Under the pieces are notes generated by a model. The model was not told where the DNA came from. It saw only the letters and a list, made by a program, of their open reading frames with translations, and ran no database searches. A stretch of 64,000 nt of DNA from Candidatus Levyibacteriota bacterium (GTDB lineage Bacteria; Patescibacteriota; Microgenomatia; Levybacterales; UBA12049): positions 11,738 to 75,737 of the forward strand of contig JACPGP010000030.1 of the NCBI GenBank assembly GCA_016182425.1. Reading direction: 5' to 3'. Shown here piece by piece: positions 38,942 to 48,949 of this stretch. Made by a program: the position numbers and the translations under genes. Each line of letters begins with the position of its first letter. Positions within the stretch are counted from its first letter, which is position 1.

Positions 38942-39544
38942 ATGGCAAGATATACGGGGCCAAAACATAGATTGGCAAGAAAAGAAGGGGTAAATATTAT
39001 CGATAAGGAGTCGCAGTCTCTAATCAGAAGACTTAGTATCCCTCCGGGAGTTCATGGGAAAAAGCGAAAAAGAGCGTTGTCGGAATTTGGTCAGCAGCTT
39101 AGAGAAAAACAGAAGGCAAAAGAGATGTATGGGGTGCTGGAGAAGCAATTTAGGAACCTTGTTGACCGACTGCAGAAGAAAAGAGGCGAAACAGGAGAGC
39201 TTTTGATATCACTTTTGGAAACAAGACTCGATAATGTAGTGTACCGTTTGGGGTTTGCAAAGTCGAGATTTCAAGCGCGTCAATTTGTTAATCACGGCCA
39301 AGTCTTGGTTAACGGCCAGAAAGTGACAATACCATCTTACCAGGTAAGGAAGGGGGAGAAAGTATCGCTCTCGGAGAAATTACAGAAGAATGCTGCAGTT
39401 TTGGAGATTATGAAAGAGAACAAACCTATACTTTCTTACCTTGTTCGGGAGAATAATTTTGGAACTCTGGTGCGATTTCCTACCCGCCAAGATGTTCAAG
39501 TTCCTTTTGATACGCAACTCATCATTGAATATTATTCAAGATAG
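38942..39544 (+). CDS. rpsD: 30S ribosomal protein S4
   Basis: MARYTGPKHRLARKEG start and S4 RNA-binding domain. Confidence 0.9.
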   Translation: MARYTGPKHRLARKEGVNIIDKESQSLIRRLSIPPGVHGKKRKRALSEFGQQLREKQKAKEMYGVLEKQFRNLVDRLQKKRGETGELLISLLETRLDNVVYRLGFAKSRFQARQFVNHGQVLVNGQKVTIPSYQVRKGEKVSLSEKLQKNAAVLEIMKENKPILSYLVRENNFGTLVRFPTRQDVQVPFDTQLIIEYYSR

Positions 39545-39568
39545 TGGTAGAATAGGATTTTTAGGATT

Positions 39569-40495
39569 ATGACAGACCCAGCTTTTAAGGTAAAAGAAGC
39601 AAAACACACCAGTGAATACGGGGAGTTTATTATTGAGCCATTGGAGCCGGGTTATGGACACACAGTAGGCAACGCGCTGCGTCGAGTTTTATTAACATCG
39701 ATTCCCGGAGCAGCGATAACATCGGTCAAGATTAGTGGAGTAAAGCACCGATTTTCTACCCTTTCGGGGCTCAAAGAAAATATCGTTGATTTACTCCTTA
39801 ATATAAAAGGTATCCATTTTCGCCTTATCGATACAAAATCCACTGCCACAGTTAGAATTTCTGAGAAAGGCCCCAAAACGGTCAAAGCGGGCGACATTGA
39901 GGTAAGCGATGGCGTTGAAGTAGTCAATAAAGATCATTACCTTGCTTCCTTAACGGATAAAAAGGCCAAGTTGGAAATGGAGATGATTGTGGAGAAAGGC
40001 GAGGGGTATACGCTCGCAGAAGAGCAGAAGACATCCGAGGTTGGTGTTATTTCAACCGATGCTATTTTTACACCAGTGCAGCGGGTAAGCTACAGTGTGT
40101 CGGCCACCCGTGTTGGTAGACAAACAAATTTAGATAGACTAACCCTTTCTGTTTGGACAAATGGCACTATAACGCCTCGGGAGGCGTTGCACCAGTCAGC
40201 AAAAATTCTTGCTTCTTTTTTCTTGCAAGTCTACGAACCAAAAGCAGCGTCTCTTTCTACAGAGGGAGTGGTAATAAGTCCTGCTGTTTCTGAAGACCTT
40301 CTTAAATTGACCGTGGATGAGCTTGATTTACCAACCCGCATTTATAACAGTCTGCGAAACGGCGGCATCGATACTCTTGGGCAGCTTCTTGGCACGTCAA
40401 AGAAGGACCTTATGACCATGCGAAATATGGGGAATAAATCAATAAGTGTTATCGAAGATAAACTGCGAGAAAAAGGAATCAGCCTAGGTGTATAA
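39569..40495 (+). CDS. rpoA: DNA-directed RNA polymerase subunit alpha
   Basis: N-terminal assembly domain plus C-terminal helix-hairpin-helix alpha-CTD (LDLPTRIYNSLRNGGIDTLGQL). Confidence 0.9.
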   Translation: MTDPAFKVKEAKHTSEYGEFIIEPLEPGYGHTVGNALRRVLLTSIPGAAITSVKISGVKHRFSTLSGLKENIVDLLLNIKGIHFRLIDTKSTATVRISEKGPKTVKAGDIEVSDGVEVVNKDHYLASLTDKKAKLEMEMIVEKGEGYTLAEEQKTSEVGVISTDAIFTPVQRVSYSVSATRVGRQTNLDRLTLSVWTNGTITPREALHQSAKILASFFLQVYEPKAASLSTEGVVISPAVSEDLLKLTVDELDLPTRIYNSLRNGGIDTLGQLLGTSKKDLMTMRNMGNKSISVIEDKLREKGISLGV

Positions 40496-40556
40496 TACAC
40501 GAATAGACACGAATGTATTAAGCAGTAATTGGGTATTCGTGTTTATTCGTTTTTTT

Positions 40557-40994
40557 ATGAGAAAAAGAGTTTTTGGCAGAAAACTAAAGAGAGATAAGAA
40601 TGAGAGAAAGGCTCTTTTTAAGAGTCTTATTTCATCACTTGTTTTATATGGGCATATTAAAACAACAGAGGCAAAAGCAAAGGCAATTAAAGGAACAGTT
40701 GAAAAACTTGTTACAAAGACAAGAAAAAGCAGCAAGGAATTCGCATATAGATTTTTAATGCTGTATTTATCTAATATTGCAATTGGGAAATTTATTAATG
40801 AGGTTGTTCCTGGTTTTACAAGTAGACAAGGTGGATATACGAGAATAACAAAAATTGGAAATAGACTTAAAGATAATGCGAATATGGTAATAATGGAATG
40901 GGTCGAGCAAAGTTCAAAACCAGACGAAAGAGAAACAAAAGAAGACGAAGAAAAAAAGCCAAGAAATAAAGAAACTAAGAAAAAAAAGAAATGA
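40557..40994 (+). CDS. rplQ: 50S ribosomal protein L17 with Lys/Glu-rich C-terminal tail
   Basis: Start at MRKRVFGRKLKR. Conserved L17 N-terminal region. C-terminus EDEEKKPRNKETKKKKK. Confidence 0.85.
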   Translation: MRKRVFGRKLKRDKNERKALFKSLISSLVLYGHIKTTEAKAKAIKGTVEKLVTKTRKSSKEFAYRFLMLYLSNIAIGKFINEVVPGFTSRQGGYTRITKIGNRLKDNANMVIMEWVEQSSKPDERETKEDEEKKPRNKETKKKKK

Positions 40995-41413
40995 AGTCAC
41001 AAACGAAGCCAACAAAAGCATCAGATATAAAGCGATCGTGGCACATGATTGATGTGAAAGAAAAAATATTGGGAAGGGCTGCCACAGAGATTGCAAAACT
41101 CTTAATGGGGAAAGCAAAACCGTATTTTGTTAGACATCTTGATTGCGGAGATTACGTGGTGGTAATTAATGCGAAAGAAGCAAAAGTCACCGGCGGAAAA
41201 GAGGGTAAGATTTACTATAGATATTCTGGATATCCGGGCGGATTAAAAAAAGAGACGCTTAGTGATCTTCGGCAGAGAAAACCAGAGGAGATTATTATTC
41301 ATGCGGTAAAGGGAATGTTGCCGCAGAACAGATTGCGAGATGCAATGCTTAGGCGGTTATTTGTGTTTGCGGATAAAGAACATCCATACGGTGATAAACT
41401 CAAAACTCAATGA
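40991..41413 (+). CDS. rplM: 50S ribosomal protein L13
   Basis: WHMIDVKEKILGRAATEIAKLLMGK conserved L13 block. Confidence 0.9.
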   Translation: MKSQTKPTKASDIKRSWHMIDVKEKILGRAATEIAKLLMGKAKPYFVRHLDCGDYVVVINAKEAKVTGGKEGKIYYRYSGYPGGLKKETLSDLRQRKPEEIIIHAVKGMLPQNRLRDAMLRRLFVFADKEHPYGDKLKTQ

Positions 41414-41907
41414 AATATATGGCAAAGAAAGAAAAAACAGAAGAAAAAGGAGTAACAAAGAATAAATCTTTAAAAAAGGATTACATTTATGCTCTGGGAA
41501 GGCGAAGAGAAGCTGTGGCGAGAGTGCGTTTTTATCCCAAGTCCCAAACAGAAGTCGTATTGGATGAGAAAAAACTTCAGCCCGGCGAGATCATTGTTAA
41601 TGGACAACCAATTGCCCAATATTTTTTTGGAGAAATTGCTAAAGTAAAATATGAGGGGCCGTTACACATCACCAGCATGCTGGGAAAATGTATAGTGACA
41701 GTGGTTGTTTCGGGTGGAGGAAAGGGCGGCCAGCTAGATGCGATTGTGCATGGCATAGCGCGAGCTATTGTGAAACATGATAAAGAACGGTTTCAATCAA
41801 TTCTTAAAAAGAAAGGGTTTTTAACTCGAGACCCACGCGCAAAAGAACGACGAAAAGTAGGCACAGGCGGAAAAGCGAGGAGAAAAAAACAGAGCCCAAA
41901 ACGATAA
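41410..41907 (+). CDS. rpsI: 30S ribosomal protein S9
   Basis: GRRREAVARVRF ... GGGKGGQ ... conserved S9 blocks and basic C-terminus. Confidence 0.9.
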   Translation: MKYMAKKEKTEEKGVTKNKSLKKDYIYALGRRREAVARVRFYPKSQTEVVLDEKKLQPGEIIVNGQPIAQYFFGEIAKVKYEGPLHITSMLGKCIVTVVVSGGGKGGQLDAIVHGIARAIVKHDKERFQSILKKKGFLTRDPRAKERRKVGTGGKARRKKQSPKR

Positions 41908-42941
41908 TGTTTGGAAAGCTTGTTCTTTTCGGTTCAGGAGAAACTTCCCCAACAGGCAAGAAAATTCATAGGAAGATTCTTCAATCATTTTCTCAAAAAC
42001 AGAATATTACGATTCTTGAAACTCCGGCAGGATTTCAGCCAAACTCTCACTTTGTTGCAGAGGAGATAGCAAAAGTTTTTCGTCAGAGCCTTTTAGAATT
42101 TATTTATGATGTTTTTATAATCCCCGATAACCCCGACAATCTCTCCATTCTCAAACCCCTAAAACAGGCAACATATATTTTCTTAGGTCCTGGTAGCCCA
42201 ACATATACGGTTAGGCAGTTACAAAAAACAAGAACACTTCAAATAATGTTAGATCGTTGGAAGAATGGAGCGACACTTTGTTTGTCAAGCGCTGCCGCAA
42301 TTGCCATTGGTAAATATACTCTTCCCGTTTATGAAATCTATAAAACAGGAAGTGATTTGTATTGGGAGAAAGGACTTAATATCTTTCAGCATGTTGGATT
42401 ATCATTTATTGTTATTACTCATTGGAACAATAAAGAAGGAGGAGAGCATCTTGACACACGGTATTGCTATATGGGGCAAGAGCGATTTGCAAAACTTAGA
42501 AAACTTCTTCCTAAAAATACTGCAATTCTGGGCATTGATGAACATACGGCAATTATTTTTGATTTTGAAAATAGAATATTTTCTATTGAGGGAGTCGGAA
42601 CGGCAACGCTTTTGAAAGATAAGAAAAAAGCAGTTTTTAATAACGGAAACTATTATATGTTTGATTCTTTTATTACATTTTCGCCTCATGTTATTCAATC
42701 ACCCAAAAAACCAATTATTAAAAAAAGGACTGTTGAGTATATAACGATCAAAAAGTACTCATTACCAAAAGATCTCCAAGTTCTTCTTAAACAGCGGGAG
42801 AAAGCAAAAGGAGAAAAAGATTTTACAAAAGCAGATGAGATTCGTCATCTTTTTGAAGAGAAGGGGTACAAAATTGAGGATACAAAAAAAGAACAAAAAG
42901 TCTATAAACAAACATTATCTGGTCAGGGTGGGCAGACTTGA
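41907..42941 (+). CDS. peptidase S51 (cyanophycinase/PepE-like, class I GATase-like fold) domain protein with C-terminal CysRS-tail-like motif
   Basis: LVLFGSGETS, GPGSPTY, LSSAAAIAIG (degenerate GxSAG position) and a His in HVGLSFIVITHW. C-terminal REKAKGEKDFTKADEIRHLFEEKGYKIEDT resembles the extreme C-terminus of cysteinyl-tRNA synthetases. The last 22 nt overlap tRNA-Pro. Confidence 0.45.
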   Translation: MFGKLVLFGSGETSPTGKKIHRKILQSFSQKQNITILETPAGFQPNSHFVAEEIAKVFRQSLLEFIYDVFIIPDNPDNLSILKPLKQATYIFLGPGSPTYTVRQLQKTRTLQIMLDRWKNGATLCLSSAAAIAIGKYTLPVYEIYKTGSDLYWEKGLNIFQHVGLSFIVITHWNNKEGGEHLDTRYCYMGQERFAKLRKLLPKNTAILGIDEHTAIIFDFENRIFSIEGVGTATLLKDKKKAVFNNGNYYMFDSFITFSPHVIQSPKKPIIKKRTVEYITIKKYSLPKDLQVLLKQREKAKGEKDFTKADEIRHLFEEKGYKIEDTKKEQKVYKQTLSGQGGQT

Positions 42942-42995
42942 ACTGCCGACTTCTGGACCCCCAGCCCAGCGTTCTACCAACTGAACTACACCCTG
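42920..42995 (-). tRNA. tRNA-Pro (anticodon GGG)
   Basis: Manual fold of the reverse complement: acceptor CAGGGTG/CACCCTG, D-arm GTTC-AGTTGGTA-GAAC, anticodon stem CTGGG/TCCAG with loop CTGGGGG (GGG at positions 34-36, G37), T-arm GGCAG-TTCAAGT-CTGCC, discriminator A and encoded CCA. Confidence 0.8.
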
Positions 42996-43045
42996 TTTTT
43001 GCTCTCTTGCATTATAACAAAAAGTTGTTACAATGAGAACCAATT

Positions 43046-44149
43046 ATGGCGCGGACTTCCTCATCAAAAAACCCAAATGGTCCAATCCGTTCTAGTTCGG
43101 GACAAGCAGAAAGTTCTCAAAAACTCGAGGCAGTGCGTCTGGCAATGGAGCAAATCGAAAAACAATACGGTCGCGGTTCTATTATGCGGTTTGGCGAGGT
43201 AGCGGCGAAGTTTGATATTTCGGTCATCTCAACTGGGTGTCTTCCTTTAGATTTAGCGCTAGGAGTAGGGGGTGTGCCAAGAGGACGGATTATCGAAATT
43301 TTTGGTCCCGAAGCATCGGGGAAAACGACTATTTGTTTATCAATCATCGCTCAAGCGCAAAAGCATGGAGGAGTCGCGGCGTTTATTGATGCTGAGCATG
43401 CGCTTGACCCCTTATGGGCAGAAAGAATCGGAATAAAACTTGATGAGCTTTTAATCTCTCAGCCCGATACTGGAGAACAGGCGCTGGAAATTGCCGAAAG
43501 TCTTATTCGAAGCGGCGGGGTTGATGTGTTGGTTATAGATTCTGTTGCGGCGCTGGTGCCGCGAGCAGAGATCGAAGGTGAGATGGGAGATGCCATGGTA
43601 GGACTTCAAGCCCGTCTTATGTCGCAAGCGTTGCGTAAGCTAACTGGAGTTATTTCAAAATCCAAAACTGTGGCCATTTTTACCAATCAGTTGCGGCAAA
43701 AAATTGGCATTATGTTTGGTAATCCCGAAACAACCACTGGCGGACTGGCTCTTAAATTTTATTCATCGGTGCGCATGGATGTTAGGAAGATCGAAACGCT
43801 TAAAGACGGCGATAAGGTTGTCGGCTCCAGACATAGGGTAAAAATTGTTAAAAACAAAGTTTCGTCACCTTTTAGGATTGCAGAATTTGACGTATCGGGA
43901 GATTTTGGTATTTCTCGAGAAGGGGGTATTATAGATGTTGGTGTTGAAATGGGTATCATTCAAAAGTCAGGAGCATTCTTCCGATTTGGAGAATTAATGC
44001 TTGGGCAGGGAAAGCAAGCGGCAGTAGGTTTTCTTCGAGAAAAAGGTGATGTGGCAAAAAAGATTGTCGATGAAATCCTCAAAAAAAATAAAGCAGGAGT
44101 GGCTCCGGTGGAAGTAGGCGTTGAAGAAAAAGAAGAACTTGCCGCATAA
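43046..44149 (+). CDS. recA: recombinase RecA (with short Ser-rich N-terminal extension)
   Basis: GPEASGKTT Walker [10 protein letters not shown] and L2 loop region. 367 aa. Confidence 0.9.
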   Translation: MARTSSSKNPNGPIRSSSGQAESSQKLEAVRLAMEQIEKQYGRGSIMRFGEVAAKFDISVISTGCLPLDLALGVGGVPRGRIIEIFGPEASGKTTICLSIIAQAQKHGGVAAFIDAEHALDPLWAERIGIKLDELLISQPDTGEQALEIAESLIRSGGVDVLVIDSVAALVPRAEIEGEMGDAMVGLQARLMSQALRKLTGVISKSKTVAIFTNQLRQKIGIMFGNPETTTGGLALKFYSSVRMDVRKIETLKDGDKVVGSRHRVKIVKNKVSSPFRIAEFDVSGDFGISREGGIIDVGVEMGIIQKSGAFFRFGELMLGQGKQAAVGFLREKGDVAKKIVDEILKKNKAGVAPVEVGVEEKEELAA

Positions 44150-44595
44150 TGGAGGTTTTTGATAAATTTTACAATAAAGCGCTCCGATTTTTGTCGTACC
44201 GTCCCCGGTCGGAAAAAGAAGTAAGAGAAAATCTCAAAAAGAAAAAAACAGAATCCGTAATCATTGAAAAAATTATCTTAAAACTAAAAGAACAAAATTT
44301 TATAAATGACGAAGAATTTGTAAAGTGGTGGATTGAGCAGCGGACAACAGTCAGGCCTAAGGGATTACGTGTTATCAAACTAGAACTGAAACAAAAGGGT
44401 ATAGATACTGATTTACGATTAAAAATTAACGATTTTGAGCAAGCCAAGAAACTTATTGAGAAGAAGGCCACACGTTATAAAGGATTAACTAAGCAAGAAC
44501 TTTATCGAAAACTGGGAGGTTTTCTTTCAAGGCGCGGATTCGATTACGATACCATAAAAAAGTCCATTGACGAGGTGACTAATAAAGGAGTATAA
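44149..44595 (+). CDS. recX: regulatory protein RecX
   Basis: Directly downstream of recA (ATG overlapping the stop). RecX-like repeated helical modules, about 148 aa. Confidence 0.75.
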   Translation: MEVFDKFYNKALRFLSYRPRSEKEVRENLKKKKTESVIIEKIILKLKEQNFINDEEFVKWWIEQRTTVRPKGLRVIKLELKQKGIDTDLRLKINDFEQAKKLIEKKATRYKGLTKQELYRKLGGFLSRRGFDYDTIKKSIDEVTNKGV

Positions 44596-44709
44596 TAAAA
44601 AGAGGTAAAAGTAAGAACGGTGTTTATGAAAAGGCAAATTCCCTATCCATATACATCTTTAATAAATCTTTAAAAGCAGGTTTATTCTTCTTTTGTCTAC
44701 AAATTATTT

Positions 44710-45960
44710 ATGCCAACACAAAATCAAGACCTCATTACTCTTGAGAAAAAGCTGATTGAAAAAGAAGAAAGGCTTGAACAAGAAAAAGAGGAAATTGTAA
44801 AACTAAAAGATAAATATATTAAAAAACTTGAGGAAATTTCCAGTTTTACAACAGAGGAGGTAAAAAGGGAACTTTTTCTGGAAGTCGAAAAAAAAGAGAG
44901 TCAAACAATTGCCCGAATCATCAAAGAGCGCGAGGAAGAAGCAAAACGGGAATCCGATCGGAAAGCGCAATCAATTCTGGTAGATAGCCTTCGTCATGGC
45001 GCGCTTGATTACATTGCCGAGTACACGGTTTCCACAATAAAAGTTGAAGACGAAGACGTAAAAGGTAGAATTATTGGCAAAGAAGGCCGCAACATTAGAG
45101 CGTTTGAGCAAGCAACGGGAGTAGATGTTAATTTAGACGAGGAGGGGGTTATTCGGCTTTCTTCCTTTGATCAGATTCGCCGCGAAATAGCACGGCGAGC
45201 TCTGGAAAAACTGGTTAAAGATGCTCGAATACAGCCATTTCGTATTGAAGAAGTGGTCGCACAAACAAAGAAAGAGGTTGAGAGGATTATGCTGGAGGAG
45301 GGAGAACGATTAGCGCACGAAGCTGGTGTTTACAATATTCCTGTCGAGCTCCTCGCTATTTTAGGCAGATTCAGATTCCGAACTTCATATGGACAAAACT
45401 TGGTTGTGCACACACTTGAGGAAACAAAAATTGGCGTTCACATAGCCTTAGAAATTGGCGCTGATTCCAATATTGTTCGTCTTGGATGTTTATTTCATGA
45501 CATTGGGAAAGTAGTAGAAGGAGAAGGAAGCCATGTAAAACTTGGCGTCGAACTCTTAAAACGTTTTAATATACCAGATCAGGTTGTTAATTGTGTCGCG
45601 GAACACCATGAAGATAAGCCTTTTTCATCAATTGAATCAATCATAGTGCACATTGCGGATGCAATCTCTGGTGCGCGGCCAGGGGCTAGGTATGAAGACT
45701 ATGAGGATTATGTAAAGAGGCTCTCCGAAATGGAAACAATCGCCAAGAGATACGAAGGGGTCGAAGACGCGTACGCTTTCGAAGCAGGAAGAGAACTGCG
45801 GGTTATTATAAGTCCTGAAAAGCTTGATGATGCTCAAACAGTAATTGTTGCTAATAAAATTCGCGAGGAGGTAAGCAAAGCCTTGGCAGTTCCAGGTGAA
45901 GTAAAAGTAACAGCCATTCGTGAATTCCGCGCAATATCCCCAGAAAGCCAAGCAGCATAA
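44710..45960 (+). CDS. rny: ribonuclease Y (KH + HD domains, no N-terminal TM)
   Basis: KH motif IIGKEGRNIRAFEQATGV and HD motif LFHDIGK...HH. N-terminal coiled coil. Confidence 0.8.
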   Translation: MPTQNQDLITLEKKLIEKEERLEQEKEEIVKLKDKYIKKLEEISSFTTEEVKRELFLEVEKKESQTIARIIKEREEEAKRESDRKAQSILVDSLRHGALDYIAEYTVSTIKVEDEDVKGRIIGKEGRNIRAFEQATGVDVNLDEEGVIRLSSFDQIRREIARRALEKLVKDARIQPFRIEEVVAQTKKEVERIMLEEGERLAHEAGVYNIPVELLAILGRFRFRTSYGQNLVVHTLEETKIGVHIALEIGADSNIVRLGCLFHDIGKVVEGEGSHVKLGVELLKRFNIPDQVVNCVAEHHEDKPFSSIESIIVHIADAISGARPGARYEDYEDYVKRLSEMETIAKRYEGVEDAYAFEAGRELRVIISPEKLDDAQTVIVANKIREEVSKALAVPGEVKVTAIREFRAISPESQAA

Positions 45961-46065
45961 CTAATTTTTTTACATTTTCCTATCTTGACAAACTTTGTGT
46001 TTTCATTGTATTGTTGAGCTGTTTAAATAATGAATATTTTTCTGCCCGGGAGGGGGTGAACTGCA

Positions 46066-46338
46066 TTGACAAAAAAAGACCTCATAGAACTAGTTGCTAA
46101 AAAAGCAAACCTTACCAATAAAGCGGCAAGAGATGCTACAGGGTCGTTTCTAAATGCGATTCGTGACTCACTGAAGCGTGGAGAAAAAGTTGTTATTACT
46201 GGTTTTGGAACTTTTTCGGTTAGAAACCGGGCAACACGGCCAGGCCGTAATCCAAAAACAGGGGAGAGAATAACAATTCAGGCTCGAAAAGCTCCTGGAT
46301 TTACACCTGGAAAGACCTTAAAGAAGGTGGTTAGATAG
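46066..46338 (+). CDS. hup: DNA-binding protein HU
   Basis: TTG start preceded by GGGAGGGGG. GFGTFSVRNRATRPGRNPKTGERI beta-arm motif. Confidence 0.8.
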   Translation: MTKKDLIELVAKKANLTNKAARDATGSFLNAIRDSLKRGEKVVITGFGTFSVRNRATRPGRNPKTGERITIQARKAPGFTPGKTLKKVVR

Positions 46339-46402
46339 TGCTTTCTTTTATAGAAAAGAAGTTTCTCTTTGCTGAGGGCTTCTTTTGCTATAATCAGCAG
46401 AA

Positions 46403-47380
46403 ATGATAATTTCTATTTCTCATTTATCCAAACATTACACTATCTATAAAAAAAATCCGGGATTCTTGGGCACAATCCAATCTTTTCTTACCCGAAAATA
46501 CGAGAAGGTAAAAGCCGTTGAGGATATATCGTTTAGCATTAATGAAGGGGAGCTGGTTGGGTTTATTGGGCCAAACGGCGCGGGCAAGACCACAACATTA
46601 AAATGTTTATCTGGACTTTTATATCCGACGCAAGGTAAAGCTTCAGTTTTAGGTTACGATCCATATCAACGAAAGAGTCTGTTTCTCAAACAGATTTCAT
46701 TAGTGATGGGCCAGAAAAATCAATTATGGTGGGATTTGCCGGTGATAGAAAGCGTAGCGCTTAATAAAGAAATCTATGGCGTGTCGGAGGGAGACTACAG
46801 TAAAACATTGTTAGAATTAACAGAGCTTTTAGAAATTGGCAATCTGCTTAACGTGCAAGCCAAAAAATTATCACTGGGCCAGCGGATGAAATGCGAGCTC
46901 ATGTCTGCCCTAATTCATAAGCCAAAAGTTCTTTTTTTGGATGAACCAACCATCGGACTTGATGTTTTGATGCAAAAAAAACTTCGGGAATTTATTAAAG
47001 AATACAACAAACGCTACAACGCGACAATTATGTTAACCAGCCACTACATGAGAGATGTTCAGGCTCTATGCAAACGGGTGATTATTATTAATCATGGAAG
47101 ACTGCTTTATGACGGACAGCTTTTAGAACTGATTAAAAAACATGCCCCTTATAAACTTATCAAAGTTATTTTTAAGGAGTTGGTTGACCCCAAAAAAGTA
47201 GAAAATTTGGGGCAAATAATGCGTTTTGTTTATCCCGAACTCGTGCTGCGGGTTCCACACAGCAAGATGGGTAAAATTGTGACAAAGGTTTTAGAAGAAT
47301 TTCCCGTCGAAGACCTTACCATAGAGGATCCGGATATAGAGTATGTTATCCGCGAAGTATTTTCTAAAAACATAAAATGA
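46403..47380 (+). CDS. ABC transporter ATP-binding protein (ABC-2 exporter type)
   Basis: Walker A GPNGAGKTT, signature LSLGQRMK, Walker B LFLDEPT. Confidence 0.8.
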   Translation: MIISISHLSKHYTIYKKNPGFLGTIQSFLTRKYEKVKAVEDISFSINEGELVGFIGPNGAGKTTTLKCLSGLLYPTQGKASVLGYDPYQRKSLFLKQISLVMGQKNQLWWDLPVIESVALNKEIYGVSEGDYSKTLLELTELLEIGNLLNVQAKKLSLGQRMKCELMSALIHKPKVLFLDEPTIGLDVLMQKKLREFIKEYNKRYNATIMLTSHYMRDVQALCKRVIIINHGRLLYDGQLLELIKKHAPYKLIKVIFKELVDPKKVENLGQIMRFVYPELVLRVPHSKMGKIVTKVLEEFPVEDLTIEDPDIEYVIREVFSKNIK

Positions 47381-48171
47381 GCAAATATTCTTCAATCATT
47401 ATAAATACATGGAATGAAATACTAACATATAGGTTAAGCTTTGTGATGTGGAGGTTGCGTACTATTTTCCAGCTTTTGACCATATATTTTTTATGGCATT
47501 CTCTTATTCCTAAAAGTCAAACACTTTTTGGATACTCGCAATCGGTAATGCTTACCTACATTGTTGGCACAGCTGTTCTTTCCGCAATTGTTTTTTCGAC
47601 TCGAACACATGAGATAGGAGAAAACATTAACAGTGGAAATTTATCCTCTTTTTTGACAAAGCCTATTAGCTATTTTGGCTACTGGTTTTGCCGAGATATA
47701 GGAGATAAATTGATGAATATCTCGTTTTCGATAATAGAGCTTTTTATACTGTTTTTTATTTTGCGCCCGTCCTTGTTTATTCAGACAAATATAGAATACC
47801 TGTTGTTTTTTCTTATAGCCATTGTTTTTGGCGTCCTGTTGTATTTTTTAATAGGCGCAATGCTTGGTATGATAGGTTTTTGGAGCCCCGAAGTATGGGC
47901 GCCTCGATTTATTTTTTTTATCTTAGTACAATTTTTTTCAGGGGCTCTTTTTCCTCTTGATATATTCCCCAAACCGATATTTGCCCTGTTTCAATTTTTG
48001 CCGTTTCCGTATCTGTTGTTTTTCCCTCTAAAAATATACCTTGGACAAATATCTTTTGCAGAAATAGCGCAAGGTTTGACAGTAACAATGGTGTGGATTT
48101 TTGTCCTTTGGCATGGCGTGGCTTTGGTTTGGCAAAAAGGTCTTAGAATGTATACTGCGTATGGGAATTAA
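47377..48171 (+). CDS. ABC-2 family transporter permease
   Basis: Six predicted TM helices. Translationally coupled to the ATPase gene. Confidence 0.55.
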   Translation: MSKYSSIIINTWNEILTYRLSFVMWRLRTIFQLLTIYFLWHSLIPKSQTLFGYSQSVMLTYIVGTAVLSAIVFSTRTHEIGENINSGNLSSFLTKPISYFGYWFCRDIGDKLMNISFSIIELFILFFILRPSLFIQTNIEYLLFFLIAIVFGVLLYFLIGAMLGMIGFWSPEVWAPRFIFFILVQFFSGALFPLDIFPKPIFALFQFLPFPYLLFFPLKIYLGQISFAEIAQGLTVTMVWIFVLWHGVALVWQKGLRMYTAYGN

Positions 48172-48949
48172 AAAATATTTTATGCTTTGGTGGCTTTTTA
48201 CCCGTATAACCACACAAGTGGCGTTACAGTCTAGGTTTGGGACTGTTATTTTTCTTGTTGGTAAGTTGCTTAGATTTACGTTTTTTCTTCTTTTTCTTGT
48301 TCTTTTAGTATCAAAAACAAAAAGTATTGCCAGTTATTCTTTTTGGCAAGTAATATTTTTCTTTGCCACATTTAACCTTCTTGATAGCATCCCTCAATTT
48401 CTTTGGCGGGAAGTCTATCGATTTAGAAACTATATTATGCGGGGGTTCTTTGACTATATTATTACCAAACCCATCTCGCCTCTTTTTCGCTGTCTGTTTG
48501 GAGGAAGCGATATTTTGGATCTTTTTATTCTTCTTATTTCTGTGGTTTTTGCAATCTACTCAGCAGGGCAGCTAAGTGTGGTAACTTTCACTGGAGTAAT
48601 CGTCTATATGCTGCTTATTATTAATGCGCTTCTTATTTCATTGGCATTTCATATTTTTGTTCTTTCAGTCGGCGTGGTTACTACAGAGGTCGATAATTCC
48701 ATTATGCTGTATCGCGATTTAACTCAAATGGGCAGAGTGCCTATCGATGTGTATCAAGAGCCCTTAAGAGGACTTTTGACATTTGTAATTCCGGTGGGGA
48801 TGATGATGACGTTTCCAGCCAAAGCATTGATGGGGATTTTATCTTTGGAAAACATGCTTTATGCTGTTTTGTTTTCAATCACTCTTCTTTTTTTGAGTCT
48901 TTATTTTTGGCAGTTTTCTCTTAAGAAATATGCCAGCGTTAGTAGTTGA
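48164..48949 (+). CDS. ABC-2 family transporter permease (second)
   Basis: Multi-TM. Start chosen at MGIKKYF, overlapping the upstream stop by 8 nt. Confidence 0.5.
   Translation, partial: GIKKYFMLWWLFTRITTQVALQSRFGTVIFLVGKLLRFTFFLLFLVLLVSKTKSIASYSFWQVIFFFATFNLLDSIPQFLWREVYRFRNYIMRGFFDYIITKPISPLFRCLFGGSDILDLFILLISVVFAIYSAGQLSVVTFTGVIVYMLLIINALLISLAFHIFVLSVGVVTTEVDNSIMLYRDLTQMGRVPIDVYQEPLRGLLTFVIPVGMMMTFPAKALMGILSLENMLYAVLFSITLLFLSLYFWQFSLKKYASVSS

Noticed and set aside
42265-42698. Internal ORFs (116 aa plus strand other frame, 98 aa minus strand) within the S51-like gene
   Set aside because: They overlap a gene with recognisable domain motifs and consist of Lys/Ile/Phe-rich translations typical of AT-rich shadow frames.
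46339-46402. AT-only hairpin (UUCUUUU-auag-AAAAGAA) plus U-run after hup, considered as a terminator
   Set aside because: Stem is entirely A-U and only 7 bp. It is plausible in a low-GC genome but too weak to list as a feature without expression data.
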